IMG/VR virus record: IMGVR_UViG_3300033074_000233
Location: 64,001-128,000 of that record
Source: a virus
Taxonomy: Duplodnaviria > Caudoviricetes
Direction: 5' to 3' (one strand)
Length of the DNA stretch: 64,000 nucleotides
Shown: positions 9,781 to 21,081 of the stretch, piece after piece
Numbering within the stretch: the stretch's first letter is position 1
Layout of the letters: every line of letters starts with the position of its first letter
The notes under the pieces: generated by a model
What the model was told of the DNA's origin: nothing
The model's input: only the letters and a program-made list of their open reading frames with translations
Databases searched by the model: none
Position numbers and translations under genes: made by a program

Positions 9781-10062
9781 ATGACGACCACGCGAGTAGA
9801 CTTCTTGGTGAACACGGTAAGCCTTGAAGGAAAAGGGACCTCAGTGTCAGGCATGCAGGGCAACGCGGAAGTGGCGCTTGAACTGTGCGCCAAGATGCAG
9901 GAGATAATGGCCAACGATGCCTTCATCGGGTTCAGTGACGAACAACTCGCCAGTCACGTTCGCCACTTGTTCAAGTACGGCCAGCACATGAATGAGCACG
10001 AGGGCCCGGTCCGCGACATTCAAGGTGAACTGGCAATTCATCACTGGTCACGCAAGTCGTAA
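9781..10062 (+). CDS. Hypothetical early protein
   Basis: GGAG RBS before ATG 9781. Confidence 0.65.
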   Translation: MTTTRVDFLVNTVSLEGKGTSVSGMQGNAEVALELCAKMQEIMANDAFIGFSDEQLASHVRHLFKYGQHMNEHEGPVRDIQGELAIHHWSRKS

Positions 10063-10096
10063 TACCAAACCAAACATTAGGCAAGGAGTAATATAC

Positions 10097-10348
10097 ATGC
10101 AAACTACCTGGACTAACGGCCGAGTGGCACTAGCGAAAGACCTGATCTTCGGTCTTTGTGTGTTCACCGAAAACGACAAGGGTGAGACGGAGTGGATTCC
10201 CGTTGACGCGCTGGAACTTGATGAAGTGGAACTGATCCATCGGATGGTTGACTACAACCCCGGCTGTATCTACCAGAACGATCTGAACGCAATCCTCGAA
10301 GCCAAGAAAAAGGAGAAGCAAGATGCGACCAATGACAAAGCGGGTTAA
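10097..10348 (+). CDS. Hypothetical early protein
   Basis: AAGGAG RBS before ATG 10097. Confidence 0.65.
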   Translation: MQTTWTNGRVALAKDLIFGLCVFTENDKGETEWIPVDALELDEVELIHRMVDYNPGCIYQNDLNAILEAKKKEKQDATNDKAG

Positions 10349-10682
10349 GGTCCTGTGCTTCATTGCACAGTTCCTTCCGTTCAATGTGATGCACGTTGAA
10401 GCCGTGCGTATCGGCAACCGAGTTACTGACGGCCTGTTTCTTTTCGGCAAGCACGTGTGGACGGAAACGAAGACAGATGAATCACAAGTTTACATCCACG
10501 ACTATTCAGAAAGTGAATTGACGTGGTGGGCATCGGAAGCAGGTGCCTTCAAGGCTGCCAACAGTGTTCACGCGATTGAAGTGCTTAACGGGTATGGTGT
10601 ACGACCTTATGCAATGGGCCCGTATGATACTCTGGAAAAGGCGGATCACTTTTCAAAGAGTCTCGGAGGTCAGAATGCTTAA
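10323..10682 (+). CDS. Hypothetical early protein
   Basis: AGGAG RBS; tiles with neighbours. Confidence 0.6.
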   Translation: MRPMTKRVKVLCFIAQFLPFNVMHVEAVRIGNRVTDGLFLFGKHVWTETKTDESQVYIHDYSESELTWWASEAGAFKAANSVHAIEVLNGYGVRPYAMGPYDTLEKADHFSKSLGGQNA

Positions 10683-10995
10683 CATGAAGTTCTACCAACT
10701 CTCGGAAAAGATTCCTACATCAGGCACCGATATCATATGGTTCGATAACCCACCTAACTCGGCAGAATTGCTGATGGACCTGAAACAAGGCATCGTCACT
10801 GATGGTGAGGGCTTTGATGACTGGGATGACAATCTCATTGAAGAAGGTGATACACCAGAAGTTGTACGGAAACAAAACCACATTGTAATTGAAGGAGACT
10901 CCCAAGCAACCACCATCAAGAAAGACTGCGCTCATTTCTTTTGGTGCGACGCGAAACAAACTTTTGACCAACTCGAAAAACTTCTCGGAGGCTGA
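10675..10995 (+). CDS. Hypothetical early protein
   Basis: GGAGG RBS; overlaps upstream stop. Confidence 0.6.
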   Translation: MLNMKFYQLSEKIPTSGTDIIWFDNPPNSAELLMDLKQGIVTDGEGFDDWDDNLIEEGDTPEVVRKQNHIVIEGDSQATTIKKDCAHFFWCDAKQTFDQLEKLLGG

Positions 10996-10996
10996 C

Positions 10997-11392
10997 ATGA
11001 AAAACAATCAACCGCTCAACGCGCAAGCCGTGAAAGACACTCGCTTTATTGATCGCGGCCTTCCACTCTGTGATACCCGTTGGCACGACAAAGATGGTCG
11101 TGTTACCCGCAAGGGTTTTCTCGACGGCTGCATCGAACGCTTCGACGTGAAAGGACGTGACGGCGTTACCGTAACAATTCGGTTGGTGCGTGACCAATTC
11201 GACAACGCAGCCAAGTATTTTTACACGGTTGAGTGTAGCGACAACTACACCCTGATGACGGGACTGTCCGTCAACGAGGTTGACTTCAATATGGACATAG
11301 GTCTGCACGTGACCTCGTCGCTCAAGGAAGCGCGCAAAGCCTGTACCTACTTCCGCAGCGGTAAGTTGAAGAAGAACGGCAAGTTCCAATAA
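10997..11392 (+). CDS. Hypothetical early protein
   Basis: GGAGG RBS. Confidence 0.65.
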   Translation: MKNNQPLNAQAVKDTRFIDRGLPLCDTRWHDKDGRVTRKGFLDGCIERFDVKGRDGVTVTIRLVRDQFDNAAKYFYTVECSDNYTLMTGLSVNEVDFNMDIGLHVTSSLKEARKACTYFRSGKLKKNGKFQ

Positions 11393-11416
11393 CCACTGGT
11401 TGTCAAGAGGACTCCA

Positions 11417-12352
11417 ATGTACAAGTTCTATTCCGCACTGCTGGACGTAAACCTGAAGAGCATGAGACTGGTTGACAAGTCTCTTGGCAAGTGGGACCAT
11501 GTGAAGGCCGCTCAGGCCTTCTTTGGTCAATTTCCGCACATGACCAACACACTGGACTTCCTCATTATGGCCGACGAGTGCGGCTATATCGAGGAAGATT
11601 TGGCCGTTTCCTACTTCGTCAAGGACGCCACATCACTTGAGGCAATCAACAGCCTGAAGATCGACAAGGTGGATTTTTCTCTCCTGCTTCAGGCAAGTGA
11701 GTTGTTTACGGTTGCCTTTCCATACCACTCGGACGTGTCACCTGTTCTGGTGATGATCTCCGACCTTGACGACTTCCAACGTCGTATCAAACGTGTGCAT
11801 CCCAGCACCTCTGGCCTCAAGGGTCAGGGTGTTGAGGACAAGTACAGTTTCCACATGGTCATGAAGTTTCCAGCCACACCAACTGTGCCTGAGTCCTACT
11901 CGCGCCTGTCTCTGCCTCTTGGCATCATCGGCAAAGCAATCCAGTGCAAAGACAATCAAGAGTTTGCTGCCTTGATTCCGCTGGACGAGCGCGTAGCCGT
12001 TGAGGGCCTCACCTTAGAAGAAACGGCGATGCAGTTCCGTGCTCTGCAATTCGTGGCCAAGTTCCTCGTGTATCGTGCAGGTGCACCTGATCGTTTTGCA
12101 GACGGCTGCCCGTCGAACGAAAAGAGTAGCAAGTTCGTTTCGGCTGCTGGCCATCGCAAGACGTTCTCGGTGCCAGCGTTGTCTGCGGCAACCGAGCACT
12201 ACCGCTGTGCCCACTTCCGCCAACTTCGTGCCGAACGCTACTACACCAAAGAGCACAAAGACAAGGCTGTTGGCAGTCGCATTGTGTTTGTCCATGATTC
12301 CGTGGTGAATGCCAAAGTAGATGACATAAAAACCGTAGAGGAGAAAACGTAA
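11417..12352 (+). CDS. Phage protein with C-terminal HxRxxH(F/W)R motif
   Basis: EHYRCAHFRQLR...IVFVHDSVV; GAGG RBS. Confidence 0.65.
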   Translation: MYKFYSALLDVNLKSMRLVDKSLGKWDHVKAAQAFFGQFPHMTNTLDFLIMADECGYIEEDLAVSYFVKDATSLEAINSLKIDKVDFSLLLQASELFTVAFPYHSDVSPVLVMISDLDDFQRRIKRVHPSTSGLKGQGVEDKYSFHMVMKFPATPTVPESYSRLSLPLGIIGKAIQCKDNQEFAALIPLDERVAVEGLTLEETAMQFRALQFVAKFLVYRAGAPDRFADGCPSNEKSSKFVSAAGHRKTFSVPALSAATEHYRCAHFRQLRAERYYTKEHKDKAVGSRIVFVHDSVVNAKVDDIKTVEEKT

Positions 12353-13494
12353 TGACCAAGAAGAAATGTGACTGTGGTCCCAACGAGGGCTGCTCCCTGT
12401 GTTGCAAGGCTCCAATGATGATATTGAAAGACCTCAAGCCTACAAAGAAGGTGAAAACCGTGAAAAAGAAAACTGATATAATCTCCGCAAAAGAGTTCGT
12501 CGCTGGTATAACGGCTCCGTTCCCCTACAAGCGTTCCGATCTGGACGTGATCGTTACGCTGGGTGTTGGCAAGTCCAAGATGGTGCCGAGGGTAACGGTG
12601 CGTCTGATAAAGAAGAACGACTACAAGAAGTGCCTCTGGGAGGGCAATTCCACTGTTGCCGAAGTCGAATCATTCAATGACGACGAAGCCTTGATGGCCT
12701 TTGTCAAAGCCAAAGTCGGCGTGGTCGTTCCGGTTGAGATTTCCTACGACTTCAAAGAGGTCAATAGCGGCCTGATAGGCCTGAACAACAAACTGAACCT
12801 TACTCTCGACACGGAAGAAAGTTACTTCACGCTTCGGATGTTCTCCAAGACAGGCAACAAGGTTGTCTGGAAGGAAAGGTTGTGTGCTGATGGCTACGAC
12901 GGTAGTGATACCGACATTAAAGACCTTGTTGAAAGACTCTGGTCTGATCCAAGCGACGGAGTTGCTAAGGCCTTCTTACGCGCGGCCTTTGACTGTGAAG
13001 AAAATGAGATACTTGCCTCAAAAGGAGGTATGGCCTCTTTGTTCAAAGCCTTGAAGAAATTCTCGGTCAAGAACAAGGACTCGGCACTTTCAGCCGTCGT
13101 ATCGGAAACTGATCCCTTGGTGATGCGCTATATTGCAGGTCGCATTATGGACCTGACTGACGGTATGGGTGACCAAATTACACTCGCCCGTACGCCACTA
13201 AGTATTGCTGTGGTTCCGTTCTTCCTCATGACCGACCTGAGTATGAGAAAGTGGCTGAATCGCGACTCTATTGTTGACCTCATACAGGTAGTCATCATGG
13301 CCTTTGGTGATCCCGCCTACACCAAGGTCGAAGTGAAGAAAAATCAGGATATCCTCGCGTTGGTTAGCAAGAAAGAGGCCGCCAATGTGTTCTTCGCGGT
13401 TGACGACCTAATCGTCATACGGGAAGTGAGTGAGGACAACCAAGTCCTCACCATGGACAGCGTGATTGAACGTGTGAATAACGGCCGCTTCTAA
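12352..13494 (+). CDS. Hypothetical protein with N-terminal Cys cluster
   Basis: 380 aa; TAATG coupling; CDC...CSLCC. Confidence 0.7.
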   Translation: MTKKKCDCGPNEGCSLCCKAPMMILKDLKPTKKVKTVKKKTDIISAKEFVAGITAPFPYKRSDLDVIVTLGVGKSKMVPRVTVRLIKKNDYKKCLWEGNSTVAEVESFNDDEALMAFVKAKVGVVVPVEISYDFKEVNSGLIGLNNKLNLTLDTEESYFTLRMFSKTGNKVVWKERLCADGYDGSDTDIKDLVERLWSDPSDGVAKAFLRAAFDCEENEILASKGGMASLFKALKKFSVKNKDSALSAVVSETDPLVMRYIAGRIMDLTDGMGDQITLARTPLSIAVVPFFLMTDLSMRKWLNRDSIVDLIQVVIMAFGDPAYTKVEVKKNQDILALVSKKEAANVFFAVDDLIVIREVSEDNQVLTMDSVIERVNNGRF

Positions 13495-13506
13495 ATACTC
13501 ACAATT

Positions 13507-13513
13507 CTGTAAA
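13507..13513 (+). promoter_or_regulatory. (ATT)CTGTAAA motif, putative middle promoter
   Basis: Also at 13601(+), 25744(-), 40786(-), 40808(+), 50053(+), upstream of DNA-metabolism genes. Confidence 0.6.
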
Positions 13514-13741
13514 GTAGTATTGTGGGAGTGACGCTAGGGGGGCTAATCAAAAGTTTGCACATATCAGGTGTTCAAGCCAATGATTATCTTCAATGCGAAA
13601 CTGTAAAGTAATTCGCTAATTTCAAGTCCCGCTAGAAATCGTGCAAACGAGGCCTAGCAACAGTATTCCAGGCAGGTTGACCCCGTTGCTGTCAGGAGTG
13701 CATCAAAAATCAATGGGACCCTTCTAGAAGAGGTAGGTAAC

Positions 13742-14509
13742 ATGGCGCGTGTAACGAAGAAAGCAACAAAGGCCGACAAAGCAGATGCGAAGGCGAAGAA
13801 ACTCGCTCTGCGTGAGAAGATGAAGGCCAAGAAGATGAAAGAGAAAGCCAAAGCGAAGAAAGGCGCGAAGGCTGAGAAGGCTCCGAAGGCCAAGCGCGGT
13901 CGTCCAGTGGGTTCGGGCAAAGCAGCCAAAGCCGAGAAAGCCCCGAAGGCAGCGAAAGTCCGTAAGGGCTCCGCAATCGAAATGGGCTTCGCAATGAACG
14001 GCAGCATTGCTGGCGTAGTTGGTGTTGCTCAAGAAGGCAGCGACATTATCCTGACGCTGGAAGACGGCGCCGTCAAGAAACTGGCCAACGCCACTTTCAC
14101 GCTGAACATCCAGGCTTCTACGGAAGCACGTTGGGAAGATGTTGGTGGCGACGCTGACGACGAGGAAGAAGACGACGAAGCCGCTGATTCCGACGAAGAC
14201 GGTGATGACGACGAGGAAGAAGCCCCTGCCAAGAAAGCAAAGAAAGGCAAGAAGGCTGCTGACTCAGACGACGACGCCGATTCCGATGATGATGGCGACG
14301 ACGAAGACGGCGATGATGAAGACGACGACGCCGATTCCGATGAGGAAGAAGCCCCCAAAGGCAAGAAAGCCAAAAAGGGCAAGAAGGCAGCCAAGTCTGA
14401 CTCCGACGAGGATGATGATGAGGAAGAAGCCGACGACTCTGACGAAGATGGCGACGACGACGACGAAGATGAGGAAGAAGATGAAGGTGGCGACGACGAG
14501 TGGAACTAA
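13742..14509 (+). CDS. Histone-H1-like DNA-binding protein with AT-hook and acidic tail
   Basis: K/A-rich N-terminus, KRGRP AT-hook, D/E tracts interleaved with KKGKK. Confidence 0.75.
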   Translation: MARVTKKATKADKADAKAKKLALREKMKAKKMKEKAKAKKGAKAEKAPKAKRGRPVGSGKAAKAEKAPKAAKVRKGSAIEMGFAMNGSIAGVVGVAQEGSDIILTLEDGAVKKLANATFTLNIQASTEARWEDVGGDADDEEEDDEAADSDEDGDDDEEEAPAKKAKKGKKAADSDDDADSDDDGDDEDGDDEDDDADSDEEEAPKGKKAKKGKKAAKSDSDEDDDEEEADDSDEDGDDDDEDEEEDEGGDDEWN

Positions 14510-14594
14510 TCCACTTTAAGTCGTAACCAAGAATCAAGGGGCGTGTGCTACTCTGCACGTCCCTATTCTTCCTAACCATTTGAGGTAATGAGTC

Positions 14595-15041
14595 ATGGCT
14601 AAAGACGGCGAAGTCGAAATCGACACCGATGAACTGGAACAGGCTGTAGCAACGGAACTTGAGGGCGTCGATACGGCTGCCAACGAGATTCTGGAAGATC
14701 AGCAACGTGGTGAAGAGCCTGAAGGAAAGAAGGATGTGATCCTGCTGTACAAGCCAAAGTGCTTGGAATGCACACACCTCTTCCCTGAGGGAGGCAAGAA
14801 GGTCTACAACGGCTGCCACTTCAAGGCTGGAAACGATGAGTGTCCTGCCAAAGGTTTGAAGATTGTTATTGCTGTACCAGCAGAGCGCGTAAGCGACCTC
14901 ATGCTTGACGCAATGCTCTCCAATGACGTGGTGCGGTTGTCGGAACTTACGGCAAAACTCAACCGAAAGGACCCGGCCGAGATCGAGCGGGTTATGAAAC
15001 GCTTTCGTGAGAAGGTTGCTGCGCACGAAACTGGCGCGTAA
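14595..15041 (+). CDS. Hypothetical protein, possible Zn-binding
   Basis: CLEC...CHF...CP; GAGG RBS. Confidence 0.65.
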   Translation: MAKDGEVEIDTDELEQAVATELEGVDTAANEILEDQQRGEEPEGKKDVILLYKPKCLECTHLFPEGGKKVYNGCHFKAGNDECPAKGLKIVIAVPAERVSDLMLDAMLSNDVVRLSELTAKLNRKDPAEIERVMKRFREKVAAHETGA

Positions 15042-15122
15042 AAGGTCGAGGACTCAAGGGAAGCCTAAACGCAACCCGCGAGTCCTCTTCGTGTTTAATC
15101 TGGCTGAAACGGGAAGACCAAA

Positions 15123-17051
15123 ATGGGTGTCAAAGTAAACAAGAAAGATAAGGTCGAGGCCAAACAAAAACAAGGTCTAGCATACGGCGCAGAACATATA
15201 CAGTGGCAGAAAGGCCTTCAAGGTATTCGTAAACGCCCGGAAATGTACATCCACTCGGTTGACTCCGATGGTGTATGGACTCTAACGCGAGAAGCAGGCG
15301 ACAACGCCGCCGACGAAAACGGTGCTGGTCGTAACTCCTTTGTACACATTTGCCAAGACACCGATGATTCCATCTGGGTGATCGACCACGGGCAAGGCAT
15401 TCCAGTAGCACCTTATATTGATCCAGAGACAAAGAAGAAAGACGGTCGGACCACATTAGAGATTATCCTCAGCGAAACACACGCTGGCGGCAAATTCGGA
15501 TCGGGTGCTTACAAGGGCTCCCGAGGTACACACGGTGTAGGCGTAAAAGCCACGAACGCACTCTCCAGCCTGTTTCAGGTATGGACCTGCTTCAAAGGCC
15601 AGTGGTGGAACATCGAGTTCTCACGGGGCAAACTCAAGAAAGCACCAACAAAGGTGTCCAAGCCGCCGAAACTCCCACACGGCGCTGCGACATTGAAGAA
15701 GGGCACGGTTGTCCGCTTCATTCCTGACGACCAAATCTTCCACAAGGGTTCCAAGTTCGAGCCTGCACGTGCGGCAGAGTGGTGCGAACTGACTGCTTAC
15801 ATGCAAGCCGGCTTCGTTGTCAAACTCACCGACAAGAAGGGCAAGACCAAAGAGTGGTGCTTCAAGAACGGTTCCAAGGAATATCTGGATCGTAAGATCA
15901 AGAAACTGGAAGCCAACCAACTAGGCAAAGACTGTCTGATTCAGGAAGGCTGCTACAACATCGCGGTTGCCTTCACAGATTACGACGGCATTGCTCTCGC
16001 TGGTTTCACCAACGGCCTGAGCAACCCTGACGGCGGTACACACATTGACACCTTCTATAAGGCTCTCGCCAAGTCTTTGGAAGCGTACAAAGGCAAATCC
16101 AAGTACAACCCCTCGGACCTTCGTGAAGGCATAATTGGATTCATCAACGTGCGCCTTGACGAACCTAAGTTTGGTTCGCAGACCAAAGAGAAACTGGTAG
16201 ACGAAACACCCACGAAGCAATATGCCGAAGTGCTCAAGGGTCTTACCAAGTTCTTCGACAACAACAAAGGCCTTGCCAAGAAACTGACGCAACGTGCTGC
16301 CGAACTCAAAGGTCTCAAGGACCAGTTCGCCGATAACAAGAAGGTACTCAAGGAACTCAGCGGTGCTGCGCGTAAAGGCAAGTCCTTCGCATCGAAGCAT
16401 GCCCGTTGTGACTGTGCACCTGAACTGCGCGAACTGTTCCTTGTTGAGGGTGAGTCTGCATCTGGTACCGCGAAGCAAGGTCGCAATCCTGCGTATCAGG
16501 AGATTCTTCCACTCAAGGGTAAGATTCTGAACGTAATGAAGGGCGGTGCCAACAAGAAGGATAAGGCGTTCGATTCCGAAGAGGTCATGAACATCCTCAT
16601 TGGTATCGGATACGATCCGTCCTCGAAAGCACCTCTGGACAATCTACGTGTGGGCAAACTGATCCTGCTTGCTGACCCAGACCCAGACGGCAGACACATC
16701 AACACGCTGGAACTGACGCTGTTTGCCAAGTACCTTGCGGGCATCTACCAGAAAGGCACGGTGTACATCATCAACCTGCCTGAGTACGTGATGGAACACG
16801 GCGGCAAAAACTACTTCGGCGATAGTCCGAAAGACGTAGAGAAGTCATTGCCGAAAGGTGTAAAGTTGAAGAACGTGCAGCACCTTAAGGGTCTTGGCGA
16901 AATGACCGCCTTGCAGTTGAGGGAACTTGCGTTCAACCCTGATACACGCAAACTATTGAAAGTCGCTGCACCAAGTAAAGAGGATATGAAGGAGTTCAGC
17001 CTCCTCATGTCGGACAACACTGACTACCGTAGAAAGTTGCTCGGAGTATAA
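15123..17051 (+). CDS. gyrB: Type IIA topoisomerase subunit B (GyrB/ParE-like)
   Basis: [59 protein letters not shown]. Confidence 0.95.
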   Translation: MGVKVNKKDKVEAKQKQGLAYGAEHIQWQKGLQGIRKRPEMYIHSVDSDGVWTLTREAGDNAADENGAGRNSFVHICQDTDDSIWVIDHGQGIPVAPYIDPETKKKDGRTTLEIILSETHAGGKFGSGAYKGSRGTHGVGVKATNALSSLFQVWTCFKGQWWNIEFSRGKLKKAPTKVSKPPKLPHGAATLKKGTVVRFIPDDQIFHKGSKFEPARAAEWCELTAYMQAGFVVKLTDKKGKTKEWCFKNGSKEYLDRKIKKLEANQLGKDCLIQEGCYNIAVAFTDYDGIALAGFTNGLSNPDGGTHIDTFYKALAKSLEAYKGKSKYNPSDLREGIIGFINVRLDEPKFGSQTKEKLVDETPTKQYAEVLKGLTKFFDNNKGLAKKLTQRAAELKGLKDQFADNKKVLKELSGAARKGKSFASKHARCDCAPELRELFLVEGESASGTAKQGRNPAYQEILPLKGKILNVMKGGANKKDKAFDSEEVMNILIGIGYDPSSKAPLDNLRVGKLILLADPDPDGRHINTLELTLFAKYLAGIYQKGTVYIINLPEYVMEHGGKNYFGDSPKDVEKSLPKGVKLKNVQHLKGLGEMTALQLRELAFNPDTRKLLKVAAPSKEDMKEFSLLMSDNTDYRRKLLGV

Positions 17052-17053
17052 CA

Positions 17054-18517
17054 ATGAAACGCTCCAAGAAATCAAGGAACAAGGTAATCGTCCGAGAAGA
17101 CCAGAACGTAAAAAGCATAGGCATGCTTGAGTATGGTCGCTATGCAATGAAGTTGTACGGCGCTGAGGTAATCGAGGAACGTGCGCTTCCTGACTTCCGT
17201 GATGGCCTCAAGCCCGTGCAGCGCCGCATCTTGTGGTCGATGTTCAAGCAAGGCCTGAAACCTAGCACGTCGCATGAGAAGTCGGCACGTACTGTTGGCG
17301 ATGTGCTTGCCAAGTATCACCCTCACGGTGACGTGTCCGTTTACGGCACGATGGTAACGATGGCGAATGCGCCAATGCCGATGGTTGATGGTAAAGGCAA
17401 CTGGGGTGGTCCGTTCGATCCGGCTGCTGCTTATCGTTATACCAACGCTCGCCTGTCACGCTACAGTTGGGAGGTGTTCTTCAACTCGCACTTCACCAAC
17501 ATCACAACTCTGGTCCCGAACTTCGATGACAAGGAGGTAGAGCCTCTTATCCTCAATTCCCTGCTGCCGAACATACTCGTTAACGGTTCGTTTGGTATTG
17601 GTGTAGCGGTTACTGCGAGCATTCCGTCGTACAAAGTAGAAGGCCTTGCGAAGGTAGTAGCGAAGGTACTCTCGGGTACTCCTTGTAACCCCAAGATGTG
17701 CGTGAAGAACCTTGAGTTCAACTCGCCCTTCGGTGGTGAAGCGCAGACCGACGAGAAGGACCTCATCGACTTCTACAAGACTGGTCAAGGCTCGGTGTCA
17801 TTCGTATCGGACATGACGTTCAATGAGGAAACCAGAGAGATTACCTTGAAGGGCATGGCTCCTGGGGTCAACGTACCCAAAGGTCTGGAGAAACTGCGTG
17901 ATAACAAATCGGTAGACCGGGTACTTGATGACACATCCATTGAGAACGGTTATCGCTGGCGCATTAAATTGGCCAAGTCTATACCACGCGTTTCGCTGAA
18001 AGAGGAAGTAGAGAAAATATGTAAAGTATTCGACAGTACGCTCAACTTCAAGATCAACATTACCGAGCGGCTGCTGAATGCGAAGGGCGATCCTGACGTT
18101 AAGTTCCGTAACACCAACGTACCTGAACTAATCAATGATTGGGTCAAGTGGCGCGTAGAGACCGAACTGAAATCGCTCCAGTACCAACGTGACCAGACGG
18201 CCAAGGAGATAGCGTACACACGGTTGCTCATCCTCGCAGCGGCAAGTCGCAAGGTTGTTATCGCAGCACTGGAGAAGGATGACCCCGCGAAATACTTGAT
18301 GAAGGCGTTGAAGATTTCCGAGCAGGACGCTAATGTCATTCTGGACCTGAAAGTCAGGATGCTGTCGAAACTCGACCAATCCAAGATGCAGGACAAACTC
18401 AAAAGTTTGCTTGCTCACGACAAAACGCTATCTGCCCACATGAAGAATCCGCAAGCCAAGATCACAACCGACTTGCAGGAAATGATTCGGGTAATCACGA
18501 AAGGAGACAAGAAATGA
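17054..18517 (+). CDS. gyrA: Type IIA topoisomerase subunit A (GyrA/ParC-like), no C-terminal pinwheel
   Basis: [42 protein letters not shown]; only 487 aa. Confidence 0.93.
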   Translation: MKRSKKSRNKVIVREDQNVKSIGMLEYGRYAMKLYGAEVIEERALPDFRDGLKPVQRRILWSMFKQGLKPSTSHEKSARTVGDVLAKYHPHGDVSVYGTMVTMANAPMPMVDGKGNWGGPFDPAAAYRYTNARLSRYSWEVFFNSHFTNITTLVPNFDDKEVEPLILNSLLPNILVNGSFGIGVAVTASIPSYKVEGLAKVVAKVLSGTPCNPKMCVKNLEFNSPFGGEAQTDEKDLIDFYKTGQGSVSFVSDMTFNEETREITLKGMAPGVNVPKGLEKLRDNKSVDRVLDDTSIENGYRWRIKLAKSIPRVSLKEEVEKICKVFDSTLNFKINITERLLNAKGDPDVKFRNTNVPELINDWVKWRVETELKSLQYQRDQTAKEIAYTRLLILAAASRKVVIAALEKDDPAKYLMKALKISEQDANVILDLKVRMLSKLDQSKMQDKLKSLLAHDKTLSAHMKNPQAKITTDLQEMIRVITKGDKK

Positions 18518-19398
18518 CCACGATATCGGATAAGACACTGGACGAAAACGTAGCGGCTGTAGATCGCGGTCTGCGCCGTGTTACCGCTTCCCTGATTATC
18601 GACCGCGATGATGCTGCCATGACCCGCGTACTCTCGATTAGGGAAACGCTGGCTACGCTGGTAGATCAGGTCAAGGCTGAACTGCCGCGCAATGCCGAGC
18701 GCAAGAATTTGCTGCTCGGTCTGTCCATCATGCACAACAACACGGCCTCAATTATCGACTTGGCAACGGAAAAAGAACTCACGACTGAGGCTGCCAACGA
18801 GTTTGTTGCCAAGAATCAAAAGCGCATTCTGAAAGTCAGTACGCTAATTTCATCACTACGAGAAGTAGCAGCCAAGAAGTCGCGGGCTTCCGAAGAAACC
18901 GAGATTGACAGTGATGGTCACACGCTTCACGAACTGGTTGTTATGCAGGATAACGCTATCCGCAAATACCAGCCTTACCGTGAGTTGCTGCCGAAGACCA
19001 ACCGTGAGGTGAACAAGCCGTTCATTATTCAGCGTGTGCCGATTCAGGCAAAGACCAAGCCGTTCATTTCGCCTGCTGACTTCCAGAGGGCTGGCTTCAA
19101 CTCCACACCGATTGATGAAGTCTACGCTGTGATCGAGAACCAGATGGTGCTTGGTCTCAACGTAAGGAAACTCCGCGAGGAGAAGAAAGACGTAAAGGAA
19201 TATCGTAAGGCAATCATCAAGATCATTTCCGCAAAACACCACACGAAGTTCATCGAACTGTCTGAAATGCGGCCCGGCCTGGGTAACACGGGCTTCGTCT
19301 ACTCCTGGATAATGGAGGAGAAGGAATACGACCGCATTCTCAAGGCCACGCATAAGCGTCTGAACATCGTCGAGTGGGGCTTTGCGTTTCGCGCATAA
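18514..19398 (+). CDS. Hypothetical protein
   Basis: 294 aa; ATGA overlap; AAGGAG RBS. Confidence 0.7.
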   Translation: MTTISDKTLDENVAAVDRGLRRVTASLIIDRDDAAMTRVLSIRETLATLVDQVKAELPRNAERKNLLLGLSIMHNNTASIIDLATEKELTTEAANEFVAKNQKRILKVSTLISSLREVAAKKSRASEETEIDSDGHTLHELVVMQDNAIRKYQPYRELLPKTNREVNKPFIIQRVPIQAKTKPFISPADFQRAGFNSTPIDEVYAVIENQMVLGLNVRKLREEKKDVKEYRKAIIKIISAKHHTKFIELSEMRPGLGNTGFVYSWIMEEKEYDRILKATHKRLNIVEWGFAFRA

Positions 19399-19415
19399 CC
19401 ACATCGGAGAAAACC

Positions 19416-19949
19416 ATGTCCCTGACAACGATACCTAACAACCACGTTGCCGTTAAGCCTCTAGACTCTGAGGTACGGATGCTGATCGAGCCATACATTC
19501 GTCAGTGTCCTTTTAGGGCCGAACGTCCTGAAGACCTCCACTGTTCAGTCGCTTACGCTCAGTCCTCGATTCCAACCTCGATGATTGATCCTAACGCTGT
19601 GTACACGGGTGTCATCATTGGAGCCCAGATTTGGTTTGACCAGTACCTGGGCATCAAGGACATGGTCATCCTGCTTGATAGTAAAGACTTGGTAGACAGG
19701 CACAACAAACTTTTGAGTGATGCGGGCGTGGCCAGCGTTTACGACGACTACGTACCTCACATTACAATCGCCTACGACATACCAAACAGCAGTTCGCGGT
19801 ATCGTTGGTGGATCAACGACGTTATTGAGAGGTTCGCTACCCGTTACAAGGGTACGGTAATTCGATTCAGCGGGGAGTACATCGAGGACTCGGCCGGCAA
19901 CGTAGCCGTTCGTGGCCAAGAGTTACTCCCCGTAAAACCCGTGCTGTAA
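19416..19949 (+). CDS. acb1: Acb1-like 2H phosphoesterase (anti-CBASS; T4 gp57B family)
   Basis: LHCSVAY and YDDYVPHITIAY 2H motifs, VILLDSKDLVDRH, GEYIE; collinear with T4 57B as recalled. Confidence 0.8.
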   Translation: MSLTTIPNNHVAVKPLDSEVRMLIEPYIRQCPFRAERPEDLHCSVAYAQSSIPTSMIDPNAVYTGVIIGAQIWFDQYLGIKDMVILLDSKDLVDRHNKLLSDAGVASVYDDYVPHITIAYDIPNSSSRYRWWINDVIERFATRYKGTVIRFSGEYIEDSAGNVAVRGQELLPVKPVL

Positions 19950-20019
19950 CGCTGATTCTGTCGGTGTTGCGCCACCAAGTGTTGTAAAAGTGCTTGCAAA
20001 TCAGTGATTTACGACGCTA

Positions 20020-20049
20020 TTTACACGCTTGAGGGTCTTCTGCTATACT
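20020..20049 (+). promoter_or_regulatory. sigma70-type promoter
   Basis: TTTACA-18 bp-TATACT with extended -10 TG. Confidence 0.6.
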
Positions 20050-20118
20050 GTCTGTGCTGAAAGCACGATATATCAGCGGTCGACTTCCCACTAAAACTTC
20101 CTACAAGGGAAACGAGAA

Positions 20119-20598
20119 ATGAAAGCCAAGAAAACCAAGGCAGACAAGGCTGAGAAGAAAGTCAAGAAGCCGAAGGCTCTGAAAGCGGTCAAGACCGTCA
20201 AAGAGAAGAAAGTCAAAAAGGTCAAGGCTGACAAACCGGCCAAGACCACCAAAGTCAAGAAGGCCAAGAAGGAAACCAAACTGAAAGAGACCAGCGTAGG
20301 CGGTATGCGCGCTGTTGTCATCAGCGGTTCCAAGAAAGCCCCGAAGGCGGACAAGTCTGACGACAAGGCTGCCAAGAAAGCCGCAAAGGCTGAGAAGGCC
20401 GCCGCGAAAGAAGCCAAAGCAGCGAAGAAAGCCGCTAAGGCCGAGAAGAAGGCCGCTAAAGCAGCCAAAGCCGAAAAGAAAGCAGCCAAAGCCGCTAAGG
20501 GCGAAAAAGCTGCCAAGAAATCGGCCAAGCCTGCCAAAGCCGCCAAGCCGGCCAAGAAAGTGAAGAAGGCCAAAAAAGCCAAGAAGTCCAAGGAGTAA
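20119..20598 (+). CDS. Histone-H1-like K/A-rich DNA-condensing protein
   Basis: KAAK / KAEKK repeats throughout. Confidence 0.8.
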   Translation: MKAKKTKADKAEKKVKKPKALKAVKTVKEKKVKKVKADKPAKTTKVKKAKKETKLKETSVGGMRAVVISGSKKAPKADKSDDKAAKKAAKAEKAAAKEAKAAKKAAKAEKKAAKAAKAEKKAAKAAKGEKAAKKSAKPAKAAKPAKKVKKAKKAKKSKE

Positions 20599-20603
20599 CA
20601 GCC

Positions 20604-21038
20604 ATGGTCAAGGCCATTATGTCCTCTATTGTCCTTGACCGCTGTTGGCTATGTGATGCTCCTAAGTCTGATACAAAGACCGAGGAGCATCACCTGGTTC
20701 CTCGTTGCTACGGAGGTCAAAACGGACCCACTGTTACTCTTTGCAGCAGTTGCCATACGCGGGTACACGAAGCCGCTGATGGACTGTACAAAGGCAATCC
20801 CATCGTTCCTTACGCCTCGCAAGCCGAAAGAGAACGCTGCCTATATCTGGCTACGGTAATCGTCAATTCACGGATCGCTATAGAAAGGGCAAATGACCCA
20901 AACAAGCGTACGGTATTCACGATGTGGCTGGACGGGGATTCACACGACACGTTAGTTCGCTTAACCAAACACCTAAACATTAGTCAAAAGAAGGTCATCC
21001 TTTTCGCGCTTAAAGAACTCGCCAAGAAACATCTCTGA
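20604..21038 (+). CDS. HNH-fold protein with possible C-terminal ribbon-helix-helix
   Basis: CWLC...EEHHLVP...GG...LCSSCH..VH; FTMWLD...L......NISQKKVI..AL. Confidence 0.65.
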   Translation: MVKAIMSSIVLDRCWLCDAPKSDTKTEEHHLVPRCYGGQNGPTVTLCSSCHTRVHEAADGLYKGNPIVPYASQAERERCLYLATVIVNSRIAIERANDPNKRTVFTMWLDGDSHDTLVRLTKHLNISQKKVILFALKELAKKHL

Positions 21039-21081
21039 TCCAAGGTGAACGTCGTTCCAATAACTCTACAGGAACAAAACA

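Noticed and set aside
14029-14394. Poly-Ser ORFs (also 4003..4413 and 50863..51804)
   Set aside because: Reverse complements of Asp/Glu codon runs
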